Of a DNA stretch of 64,000 bases, positions 12,645 through 23,468 are shown piece after piece; the first letter of the stretch is position 1, and every line of letters begins with the position of its first letter. The position numbers and the translations under genes are program-made. Origin of the DNA: Zootoca vivipara (lineage: Eukaryota); NCBI RefSeq assembly GCF_963506605.1, contig NC_083291.1, positions 36,332,001 to 36,396,000 on the forward strand. Reading direction: 5' to 3'. The notes beneath the pieces are model-generated. The model was given only the letters and a program-made list of their open reading frames with translations, was not told the DNA's origin and did no database searches.

Positions 12645-13470
12645 ATTACACCCTTGCAAAGTGTTTATGTATTTAGCTTTTAGACCTTGCAGGATCTGAG
12701 ATGGATGGTGGTGGATGTATTTCAGTGTACCGGTACCTTCAAACCCTCCCACATTTCAGAGATGAAAATTGTATATGTGTGACGTGCCTTGAGTGGCACA
12801 TCACAAATCAGAATGATTTTGTCCCTCCTCTGCCACCACACATTATGTACTGCTGAAAGTTATTTTTGGCCTACTACTCCAGATTTCATTCATTTGCTCT
12901 GAAATGGCCTGTCTAGTCTAGCACTGGCTTCTAAAAGAGTGAAGCAGGATATATTAGTAAACTTAACAGTTTTCAGTTTGTTTGTTTTATTAAAAAGACT
13001 TTAATGTTTAATAAAATGCTAAATGCTAAAATGGATCTGCTGGTTTTTGTTACAGAACAGTTGCAACTCAAACATAATTTCCCCCCCACAGTGATATCTA
13101 CTGTACCGTATATACCGTATCAGCATTGTTTGGAGTGGGAAAAGATGGAAGGAAAGTGGCATCGAGGGATTTTATGTCTGTATAATTTGCATGCTTGTGC
13201 CTTAAATAGATGCATGTCCAGATGCATCTACCCACCTATTGGGAGCTTTAATTAATCTAGAGGAGCTGAACCATGAAGAATTCTAGTGCATGTGTGTGCA
13301 AATTAATATAATCTTGCAAATGCATTCCCCAAAGACATAACAAGGATGGTACCTTTCAAGAGAATGATACAAGAACAATAAGGACTACCAGTAACTTTTA
13401 CCAAGTGACTGCTGGAATCTGCTCACCTGGACTCAAATGCATATGCATGTAAACAACTGCACATGGAACA

Positions 13471-13472
<2 letters not shown>

Positions 13473-13515
<43 letters not shown>

Positions 13516-14200
13516 TACTATTTTGACTTATTAATCACTTGTTATCTAAGAAGACCTCCAAGAGACTTATAGTATATTTAAAAGCATAAACAAGAGCACA
13601 TTATTGCATAAAAGATAAATAAAAAGTCATTATTATTATTATTAAACTTTTACATTTTTTACAGTAATTTGAAACAATCCTTCCCAGCTGCAACAGAAAA
13701 CTTTTACATCACAATAATAATAAAACATAATCAACACAGACCATCAAAAGTCAGGGGGGAGAGGTACATTTTTACCTGGTGCTGAAAATACGTCAGTGAG
13801 TGCCAGGCAGACCTCTGGAGAAAGCATTCCACTGTTGGGAAGCCAAAGCTGAAAAGGCCCTCTCCTTTGTCATCACCCTTCAAGTTTCCCTCAGAGGAGA
13901 CCAGAGGATGGAGCTCAACTCAAGTGAAGATATAACAGTCTAGGTTTATACTGTGAGAGGCATAAAAAGACATAAAGATATTTAAAAGTAAAAAACAGCA
14001 CTTTGCATTAGGCTTGCAAGCAAATAAATATATATGTAGCCAGTGTGATTGGAGCAGTACTGGTATGCTTGCTTCAAACCTATGAGAAGTTAGGCAGCCG
14101 TGTTCTGCACTAATTGAAGCTTCTGCACTATGTTCAAATGCATCCTCACATAAAGCTCATTACAATAATCCAATCTTAAGGTTACCATGTTGTTGGTATT
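13473..14200 (-). mobile_element. Old L2 LINE 3' fragment
   Basis: LRLDYCNELY...KLQLVQNTAA; (ATT)n tail 13473-13520. Confidence 0.75.
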
Positions 14201-16154
14201 TGTCCGTCTCAAGAGACAATGCAGTGTGCCTGTGGGGGTGAAGTCAAACTGCTGCATTTGCAGCACCAAAGTGACCTCCCCAGGGCACAAGCCTGGGTGG
14301 TGTGTATGGAGGTCCTTGGCTATCCAGATGACAAGAACCCCCTCTTGGCCTCACTGATGTGGTCCAAAGGAAAGCAGAGAAGTAGGTATGTTTGGTACCA
14401 GCGTAGCTGCAGTTGCTGAAAGGAGGCATACAAGGCACCATCCAACTGTCTTAAGAGTCTCCACTCCGGATTTGTGTAGGGTTTCCTCTTTAGCCTTCTT
14501 TTCCTGAAAATAGCCTGCAAGGCAGAGGAGGGTTAGAATCAGTTTTCTTTCCCCCAGATGAACTACCTTCCCAAGCTGATGAGCCCCAACTGCCCCTCAC
14601 TTCTCTCTACAGCATGTGCAGAAACTGCCTTCTTCACCACTGGATTCACTATTGGTCTCGTTCGTAGTGTTGTAAAAATCCTGCCAATTGCTCAGGCTGC
14701 CTCTGTATTCCACAGCTTTACTAGGACTTCAAAATATAAGACAACCATGCCAACTAGAAAAGTCCCCAGAGCTCTCTGGAAACCAAGTGGACCCATGAGC
14801 GTACAAACTACCACTTCATATATTTTAGTTGATTGAGATTTATTTTCCACTGTTGATAATCAGATGCTATAATAAGGCAATTGTGATTTTTCTAAAAGGG
14901 AAACATTTTCCAAATACAACATGCTACAGCTTGAGAAGACCCTATAGTAATGTGTAACAGTGTGGGCCAAAAGGCTCAAGCATAATACAATTACAGCACA
15001 CAAAAGCATCCTTATTGTCATTTTGTGACATGTTGCAGGGCAGTTATTTTATTACTAATTCCAGAAAGCTAGCAGTGCCTGTTGCAACAGTCTTCCCATG
15101 CAAATTTACTCAGGAGCAAGTATTTCAGTGGTATTTCTTCATTGTGCAAGTTTTTTAAGGATCAGCAACACTGAATTCAGTAGAACTTGTTTCGGGGTAA
15201 ACATACTTAAAGGTTTGGACTGCAGTTTGAGCACAAGGGAGCAAATTGCAGTCTAATGCGAAGTCCTCCAAGCAAACTGACAGAAAATGGAGCAGAACCC
15301 CGCAAGACTACCATGGCAACAGCCTCTTTTAAAAGGCAATGTCATAAATCTTATAGTATCAGGTTTCGTGCGTTAGAAATGAAAAGGTTGATAATGCTTT
15401 CTTGAGGTTACGATGCACGAGGTGATGAATCTCAGAAACTATGAGCTATCTGGGTCCCATTTGTAGGTGGTCCGTTTAATTTAATGTCGTGGGCAAAAGC
15501 TAGAAATATGTAGGAATTCACTCCCGAAAGCAATAGTTTAAAAATTATGTTTATAAGGAACAGCTAACATGTCCACGGAATAGAGAGCAAGCTGTTATTG
15601 TATTGACGGCGACTGTTTCGGTGCTACCGAATATTGCAATTTCTGCTATCGCGTTCTTTACCCATGGCTTTTCATTTTGAATACAGACCGGACCGTTTGG
15701 CCTACGTCCACATATGCAGAAGGGCGCTGCTGGCCTCGGAAACGGAGGTATTCCAGAAGCCTGCGGGGGAAGCGTCTCAAGCCTCCTCGGAAAGAGAGCA
15801 AAGGGGTTGCGAAGGTAGAACCGCCTACGCGGATCGAGGCCCGAACCAGGGCCAGGCGGGCTACCAGCGCGTGACACACGTCAATCGGCTTCACCAACGT
15901 CGGAACGTGCGGCTCCCCTTCGCCTCCCCTAAGCCCTGCGAGGCAGCCCCCGCAAAATTGGGAATAATAATTTTATTAATGATTTATTCCCCGCTCATCT
16001 GGCTGGGTTTCTCCAGCCACTCTGGGCGGCTTCCAGGACATAAAACATTGTAAAACGTCAAACATAAAAAATTTCCAGATACTAATAATATTGTCCACGG
16101 AGAAACCTGTTTAGGGTCTCACATTATTTTCTCACATTATTTTCAGCTGCTTGA

Positions 16155-16194
16155 GGTATCTGAAGAAGTGTGCATGCACACGAAAGCTCATACC
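16155..16194 (+). ncRNA. Minimal type I hammerhead ribozyme (Penelope-like element type)
   Basis: GGTAT-CTGAAGA-A-GTGTG(CATG)CACAC-GAAA-GC-TC^ATACC: stem I GGTAT/ATACC, core CUGANGA, stem II hairpin, GAAA, minimal stem III, UC cleavage site. Confidence 0.75.
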
Positions 16195-16260
16195 AAAATA
16201 ATATTTAAAAAAACTTAGTTGGTCTTTAAGGTGCTGCTGGAATGAATTTTATTATTATTT
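16155..16260 (+). mobile_element. Penelope-like element terminal fragment
   Basis: Hammerhead motif followed by ttagttggtctttaaggtgctgctgga and a T-rich tail, the typical end of reptile PLEs (recalled). Confidence 0.65.
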
Positions 16261-16489
16261 CCTCGGTTTGTCTTTCAAGGCACCACAAAACCCGCCTTGC
16301 TTCAAAAAAAAAAAAAAAGCGCGAATCAAACGTCCCGCCCTTAACGGTTGGCGCTCTTCGTCTTCCTTCTTGTCCTTCTCCCTCCCTGCCCGTAAAAAAG
16401 TCTTCCTTCAGAAATGGAGGGAACAAGAATGACCATTTCGCAAAGCACAGCCGTGGAAACAGGCATCCGCCTCAATTAACCCGTCGCTC

Positions 16490-16800
16490 CCCCGCCCTAC
16501 AATCCAGCCAGAACCGGAAGTGCAGGTCTCTATTACTGTATGTGGAAAGGATGAGGAGGTGGAAGCCTCGCGCGAGTGAACAAAGGCCCCGGATGCAACT
16601 CTCTTTTTGGAGGGAAAAAGTTGAACGGATCCCCGGATGTCGCAGCGACCTCTCCCGCACCACAGGCGCAACGGCCGTGCGTAGTAGGCGCATGCGTAGT
16701 TTGCGCACTTAACCCTAGGAAGGCGCGGCGTTCATCACGTGACCTGCCGCGGTGGGCGGGACGCTATAAAAGCGTAGCGCGGGCGGTGCCTCGGCCGCAT
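16490..16800 (+). promoter_or_regulatory. RBM3 CpG-island TATA promoter
   Basis: ETS CCGGAAGT at about 16514; NRF1-like GCGCATGCG 16688-16696; E-box TCACGTGAC 16735-16743; GC box 16754-16759; TATAAAA 16765-16771; Inr-like CATTTT at about 16798. Confidence 0.75.
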
Positions 16801-18008
16801 TTTCAGCTGCTTGAGCCAAGGAAGCTTCTCTTCGGTAAGGCGGAGTGGCGGTCTTGCGGGCTCCCTTTGTTGTTGGTGAAATGCACGGTGCGGGGGGGTG
16901 GGGTGTTCCGACGCTTCCGTTCAAACAAGTACGGCAAGTAACGAGGTAACGGTGGCCGTTCCTCAGTAGCGATGACGTGAGGGGGTGGCAGTGGGGGCCG
17001 CGGCACTAAAGCGCACGCGCGTTCGGAGCAGCGTTCCGAATGCTGATGATATGCGCATGCGGCAGAGGAGCCCTGTTCCCCTCGCGCCGCGGGAGAGGGA
17101 AAACAGCGGTCTGGCGTGGCGCGCGTTGGTTTTGGAACGGGGGGGGCGAGGCGGACATGAGAAGAAGCAGAGCAAGGAAATGGCGGAGGGGGTCCCGGCG
17201 GGCGGGTGGGTGGGGCGCATTCGCGAGGCCATGCAGCGGGCTTCGGCGCCTGCCGCCATCTTTGGTCGTCCGGATTGCCCCTCTTTAAGCTGGGGGTGAA
17301 CAAGATGGCGCTCGAGGCGGGGAAATGGAGGGCGGCCTCGAGGCGGGGAGGGAGAAGTGCCGTTTCCTTCGCTCTCGCGCCACCCCCACCTCTCGCCTTC
17401 CGCTAAGTTTCTCTTCGGGAACGGGCAGTTGAAATATAAACTGAGGCGGGGGCGTGGCTTAAGGTTTGTTCCTTTTTATTTGTTTTTTTTAAAGCCCAAC
17501 AGCAACTCTGAACTCGAAGCTTGTAGGTGCTTGAAGTGGGTCAGATTTAGCAACTGCTTCTGTGACGCGAAGGGCGGGGACGTATTTGCACGGCCATGGG
17601 AAGCTTTCATTTTCCGATTGGAAGTAATGCGCAACCACATGGAGTTTGGCTAGGCGAGGATTGGGGTGGGGAGATGGGGACCTGCAACAGGTTTTCTTAT
17701 TGTGACACCACATGCAGGGTGACTTCTAAAGGAGGGGGAATTAAGCCATATTTGATGAATGAGTGAACAGAGCAAGAGTACTGAAAATATTGGGACTGAT
17801 ACTTAAGTGTGTAGCTTCTCTGGAGAGTTGGGAGTTTAAATTCTTCGCGAACTGGGAAGGGTTGTTTGCAGCTGGATTTTGCTAACTTGCTCTGCAATAA
17901 GCTTTGGTGATTCCTCAAATTCTCGTAATGGAATTGTTCCAGTTTTGGACCTCTGATCCACAGTTGTGCACATTTCTCTTCTTTAGACTCCTCCCTACCA
18001 CCATTATT

Positions 18009-18111
18009 ATGTCTTCTGAAGAAGGAAAGCTGTTTGTTGGGGGGCTGAATTTTGACACTGATGAGCAAGGCCTGGAGCAGCATTTCAGCTCTTTTGGACC
18101 CATTTCTGAAG
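18009..18111 (+). CDS. RBM3: RBM3 exon 2, coding part (RNP2)
   Basis: Acceptor before 17987, ATG 18009, donor G|GTAAGC; 103 coding nt. Confidence 0.95.
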
Positions 18112-18199
18112 GTAAGCAAGTGTGGTGTTGGGGGTGGAGTTTTCCCCTGGGGTCAACATAAAATTGGATAACTTCAGCTATTTTGTTTTCTGTTCTTAG

Positions 18200-18306
18200 T
18201 TGTTGTGATCAAGGATAAAGAGACCCAGAGATCAAGGGGCTTTGGCTTTATCACCTTTGCCAATCCTGAGCACGCATCAGATGCCATGAGAGCCATGAAT
18301 GGAGAG
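18200..18306 (+). CDS. RBM3: RBM3 exon 3 (RNP1 RGFGFITF)
   Basis: ttcttag| acceptor, GAG|GTGAGT donor; 107 nt. Confidence 0.95.
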
Positions 18307-19281
18307 GTGAGTATTTCATTGTGGTGTGATCTGTTACCTGTTCTACTGTGTCTCGGCTGCTTTAATTATATGAGACTAAACAAAAAGGTTTCCCAGGAAA
18401 CGTACTGCTTTGATTTTAGTTTTTGTGAAATGCCTTTAATTAAACTATTTTAGAAAATGGCCTTTTCTTGCTTGCAAGTGTCAACCCAATAGTAGGGAGC
18501 TCTTGCAGTGTATGCACGTTACCTAAATGCACATGTGGTGATAATGCTTCTGATTTAGTGTCAAGGTGAGCGGCTATTTATGTCATAAACTGGTGAGAGA
18601 CAGCTATATTGGTAACAGGCACAGATGCTGCTGGACTTTTGCTTCTTTCAACATTTGACTATTGGCCATACTGTAATGCCTGAGATCTGGCTCTTCTTGG
18701 GGAGCTGGATCCTGCATTCTTCCAGATGTATTGAAAGCTCATTGAGTGGCATTGCTAGTTCACGTTTCCACTACCCTTTTTTACTTTCAGACAAGAACAA
18801 TAATAAGAATTATACCCCACCCCTCTGGCTGAGTTTCCGCAGCCACTCTGAGACAAGCTACTCTCAGATTATTTACCACTCACCTTTACAGTGTTTCCTC
18901 CCAACAGGAATCAGCAGCAGGACTGCTTTCTGTGATTCCAGAGGTTTTTCAGAATACTGACTATCTTTGGGAAATTATTTTTAAGTGGTTCAATTTGCTG
19001 TGTGAAGTGCAAGTTCCAGAATAGCTGCTTTTGCTTGTAGATCTTGTGTAATGCAGGGGGCAGGTACCCAAACTTACACAGGTGGGGAACTTCAGAACTC
19101 AATTTGGAAATAAATCTTCTGAACTCTACAGTATCTTAATAAGAGCAATAGTAATTGGTGAAAAGTCATGTTTTATTAACAATTGGTTATGTGCATATGA
19201 AAATTCATGTAAATAGTTGCTTTGTTTGATCAGCTAATTAGTTAAGCAATGGTCATAATTAAAGTACTTGTTCATTATCAG

Positions 19282-19387
19282 TCTGTAGATGGGCGCCAGA
19301 TAAGAGTTGATCATGCAGGGAAGTCTTCCCGTGGATCTAGAGGTGGCTACTTTGGAGGCAGGGGGCGAGGCCGTGGTTATTCCAGAG
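19282..19387 (+). CDS. RBM3: RBM3 exon 4 ([19 protein letters not shown] region)
   Basis: atcag| acceptor, G|GTGAGT donor; 106 nt. Confidence 0.95.
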
Positions 19388-19496
19388 GTGAGTATAAGGA
19401 GATTGAAACAAACACTTGCATGCATTGGGGTAATGAGGTGGGTGGGTTGCTGGTGGCTTAGCTGTCACTGAAATGGTTTTCTTTTCCTCCTCGGAG

Positions 19497-19572
19497 GTGG
19501 TGGAGACAGAAGCTATGGTGGGCGATACGACAACAGAAGTGGAGGCTACAGCGGTTCCCGGGACTACGGCAG
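19497..19572 (+). CDS. RBM3: RBM3 exon 5 ([24 protein letters not shown])
   Basis: Polypyrimidine tract followed by an unusual GAG| acceptor; AG|GTAATT donor; frame consistent. Confidence 0.88.
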
Positions 19573-19649
19573 GTAATTGTACTGATGTGTTCTCCTTTAA
19601 TGTTCAGTTTTAGGTGAGCAGATATAAAACACAAATGCTTTGTTTTCAG

Positions 19650-19716
19650 AAGTCAGGGAGGTTATAACGATCGCTACTCTTCAGGAGGCTCTTACAGAGA
19701 CAACTATGACAACTGA
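19650..19716 (+). CDS. RBM3: RBM3 exon 6, coding part (..SYRDNYDN*)
   Basis: ttttcag| acceptor; TGA 19714-19716, then G|GTAAGT donor. Confidence 0.93.
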
Positions 19717-20866
19717 GGTAAGTGGATTTTGGGAAGGGAGTGAAAATGCTGTCTTGCCAAAACGCTTGTGAACTTTCAGTGTTCCGACTTTACACTGAGT
19801 AACAGCAGTAACTACAGCTCCCTACTGAGTTGTCAGTATCAAAGATGTTTCTTTTCTTTTTTGTTTATCTGCCATTTGCTCAAATCTAAAACATTGCAGC
19901 CCTCAGTTCACATTACTGGTAAATAACTTTAAGTGCATGTTGGACCTTAAAGAACTCTTAAATTCAAATTGCAAAGTTGTCAGTGCTAACTGGGGGAGGG
20001 CCTGAGATTCCTAGCATCACTAATCTAAAAAAGTCTAGGAGTGGTGAATTGCTGCAACATGTCCGTATGCTTGTGCCTTTATGATTGTACCTGCTTCTTG
20101 TCCTCAGCTCACACCGAGTAAAAATCCTTCCTGAATCAAGATCGTCCTTCCAATGGCCGTATTTATAAAGATTTTTGGAGCTTCGCTGAATCTTGTTTAG
20201 TTACCTACTTGTATCTTCCCCCATATAGCTTTTGTCACATGCAGCCCGAAAGCTTCCTCTACAAGATGGCCTGTTTAGACTTTGCTCAAGAGTTGGTTTT
20301 TTCAAGAGTGGTTTTTAAGCATTTTTGAAATCGGTTTTATTTGTCTTGCTTTCTCAATCCAAGGTTTCTTTTAACGTGACACATGGGGCCCTACAACTTT
20401 AAACAGCTGGAAGCTGAGCAAACCTTTTTTGAAATAGTGCAGTGCAAGAGTTCAACTCCTAGCATAGTAAGGGAGGGCAACAAATGCAAACCACCTTGGT
20501 ATTAGTAAAAGAATTAAATGATTCACGCTGGTTTAGTAAAAAGCTATTTTACTGTACAAAGTAAATCCAGAAATCAAAACTGAACGCTTTGAGAGGTTCT
20601 TGAAAATGTTTGTTTATATTGTCCTTTTTTTACTGGAAGAAACGTGCATAATTCAATTGACATTGTATTTGAAGTGGATAAGGAAGTTCCTGTACTGAGT
20701 TTTTGGCTTTACGAAGCCCATTAAAATCCCATCTGAAACAATTCTCTGCTCTTGACGTTTGACATCACATTGCACCGCACAACTTTGATAGCGACAAGGA
20801 AGCAGAAGCACGTTGGGCCTCACCTAGGTAAATCCCAGGGTTGGTACCCAAGTAATAAATTTGATA

Positions 20867-21116
20867 CAGTGGTGCCTCGCTAGACGAATTTAATTCGTTC
20901 CATGGGTCTTTTCTCATAACAAAAATTTCGTCTAGCGAATCCCATAGGAATGCATTGAATTAATTGAATTTCAATGCATTCCTGTGGGAAACCGCGATTT
21001 GCTAGACGAATTTTTCTTAAAACGAATTCGTCTAGCGAGGCAACCTCCACTAGAAAAAACTTTTCATTAAGCAGAAATTTCATTAAGCAGGGCATTTGTT
21101 AAGCGAGGCACCACTG
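20867..21116. mobile_element. Tc1/mariner (Tigger-like) MITE
   Basis: Same TIRs, TA TSD. Confidence 0.9.
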
Positions 21117-23224
21117 TATACACTAATACTTAAGCGGTTGGTGTGAAATGGTGGAAACAGGAAATCTTCAACATGGGGAAGTGGAAACATGTCTGTTCCT
21201 TAAACTGGCTATAGGATATTTTAGCATGACTTTAAGCTATAACTGTAGCATCTTGTTAGTCATGTTGTATCTGAATAATTTTGTATCTAAATGTTAATAT
21301 ATTACCCTTCTCTGCATCAACCAACACATGATTCCCTAGAATGTTTATAGCTGTGCCAGTGCTATCCTGGGGCAATGAATCTGGGTAGTGGCTGGTGGCG
21401 GTGAAATACCTGTGGAGTCTTGTGTTTCAAACAAGGATCCCAGTGGAGTTCAATACAGTGTTAACTGCAAATCTTGGGCTTTCTTTCTTAGTCTTCAAAC
21501 AGTGAATTATTTAGCTGAGCCTTTATTAGTGAAGGCAAATCATTATTTTTGGTTTGGGAGTCACTACAGAGGGACCAAAATATGGGATGCCAAGCCAAAA
21601 CACGTGTGATGCAAAACCCTGTGCCCTATGCTTAAACCTTCATTTAAGTTCAGTGTTAAAACCTAGAATGGGTTGGTTCTCCTTGCTACAATAGTAGTAC
21701 ACAGTATTGCTGTTGCTGGAGAGGAAGACTTTGGAAGGACCTGCCTCCTTATACAAATGCTAAAGTAGGATAATGTGTCCTACTACAATTGGAAAATTTC
21801 AGCTGTCAGATGAGCTGGTGGAGAGGGAAGTTTTTGGAACTGGGGGGCCTTGAGGCTTTGTTCAGGGTTAAGGCTGAACTGATATTGGGCCTAGATGGGC
21901 CTACCTGTAGTTAGCTCTGTCCTGTTCTTACACTGTGAGAATTCTCTGCTAGCGTGTGGAAGCCAGTGTCCTTGGAGACCCCGAAGTGTGTTGTGCCTCC
22001 TTCAGTGCGATCCATGTGAGACGAAAGCTGCTCTTGGCTAGTTCATTTGTGGAAATAGTCCTGTATTTCGAGGTAACTTTTTTGCTCATGTCTGCATCTT
22101 CCCTCCCACAGAGCTCCATTCTTGTGGCTACAGCAAATCACTGATTCTTATTTCTTTGACAAACGAACTGGGCAAGTTTGGGGTCTTCTCAGACCCCCCA
22201 AGAACTTGGACTGAATCTGCTCCTTTTTTTTTATCTGGGGTGGGAGGGCCTATCTGGCTGTTGCGACTTGAGATTTGCTTTCAAAAACTTAAAGGGAAGG
22301 TAGTTGGCCAAACAGTACTTGGGTTCATCCAGCTGCATTTGCTGTTTTGTCCAATATCTTGTAATTGTGCCTTGTGCTGACCTTGGACTGTTAATTGGGA
22401 AGACTTCCGATTGCAACATTGTTTGGGTGTGGGAGGCTTCTATTTCCACTTAAAACTTTTCCAATTTTTAGTGCATATGGTGGCTTTTGGACAGGAATCT
22501 AAAAGTGGGAGAAAAATCTGAACTTAATAACTTGGGGAATCTCCCAAGGGCTAGGTGAACAGCATCACCTAGGCTTGGAATATCCTGTTAGACATGTATA
22601 ATCTGAACACAATGAGAATTTGAATGAACTTGTGTTAAGTGACACTGCCTTGTTTTTGACAGGTTAGAAGAGATGATGGTGGCTATTCTATCCTGAAAAA
22701 GTGTTGGCCACACTATCTTGAAAGAAGTGATGGAATGGAACAGGGACTACTACTCTTTGGATCCTGAACTTCAGCTACGAAATAAACTTTCTCCCGCATA
22801 AAAGTAAACACATATTCTTAAAAGAAAACTCCTTTGCTTTCGTATTCAGTAGTTTAAGCATGGCTATGTGTTCCTGTGCCATTAAATTGCGGCTATGGTA
22901 CAAATTGATTTTGGCTATGCAAAAGTAAATAGATCAAACTTCCATTGGAGATGATCAGAAGCATGTTACTAGTGAATTGGTACTTCACTAAGCAGTATAG
23001 TGTTCTGCTTGTGCAAGAAGTGATGGCAGTGAATAGCTATGGTCACTTGTTCCTTGTAGCACTTGATGAAAGTAACGTGGCCCATACCTTGTATATGATA
23101 AACTTGTGACCAACTTGCTCATTTGGATGCCACAGAAGTTACCATTTAAATTTTCTAACTTTAATAAGCAATTGCCAGTAGTTTTTTTCTTCAAAACCAG
23201 AAACTTCATGCCTCAATGCTCACA

Positions 23225-23468
23225 CAGTGGTGCCTTGACTTACGAATTTAATCCGTTCCGAAGGCACCTTCGTAGGTCGAAAAATTCACAAGTCGAAAAA
23301 CACCATTGGAAATGCGATTTCCCATAAGAATGCATTGGAAACGGAAAAATACGCGGTATCTAAAACCGCCACAGTTTCCTTTCGGATGTCGTAAGCGCGC
23401 GGCCATTAGTCCCATTCGTAAGTCAAAAAATTAGGTTGTCGAGATGTTCGTAAGTCAAGGTACCACTG
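23225..23468. mobile_element. Tc1/mariner (Tigger-like) MITE
   Basis: TIRs CAGTGGTGCCTTGACTTACGAA/TTCGTAAGTCAAGGTACCACTG-TA. Confidence 0.85.

Larger units (their letters stand above)
16799..20740 (+). other. RBM3: RBM3 gene span (non-coding exon 1 about 16799-16834; exons 17987-18111, 18200-18306, 19282-19387, 19497-19572, 19650-19717; 3'UTR exon 20108 to about 20740)
   Basis: 152-aa product [34 protein letters not shown]...[15 protein letters not shown]...RVDHAGKS...YRDNYDN* carries residues diagnostic of mammalian RBM3. RRM followed by an RGG tail; ATTAAA at 20720-20725. Confidence 0.9.

Noticed and set aside
15551-17713. Many overlapping Arg/Pro/Ala-rich ORFs (also 26130-27680 and 50489-51451)
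   Set aside because: Expected in stop-poor CpG islands; no recognisable domains.
19714-19717. Programmed stop-codon readthrough in RBM3
   Set aside because: Context is TGA-G, not the leaky TGA-CTAG; treated as a fossil frame only.
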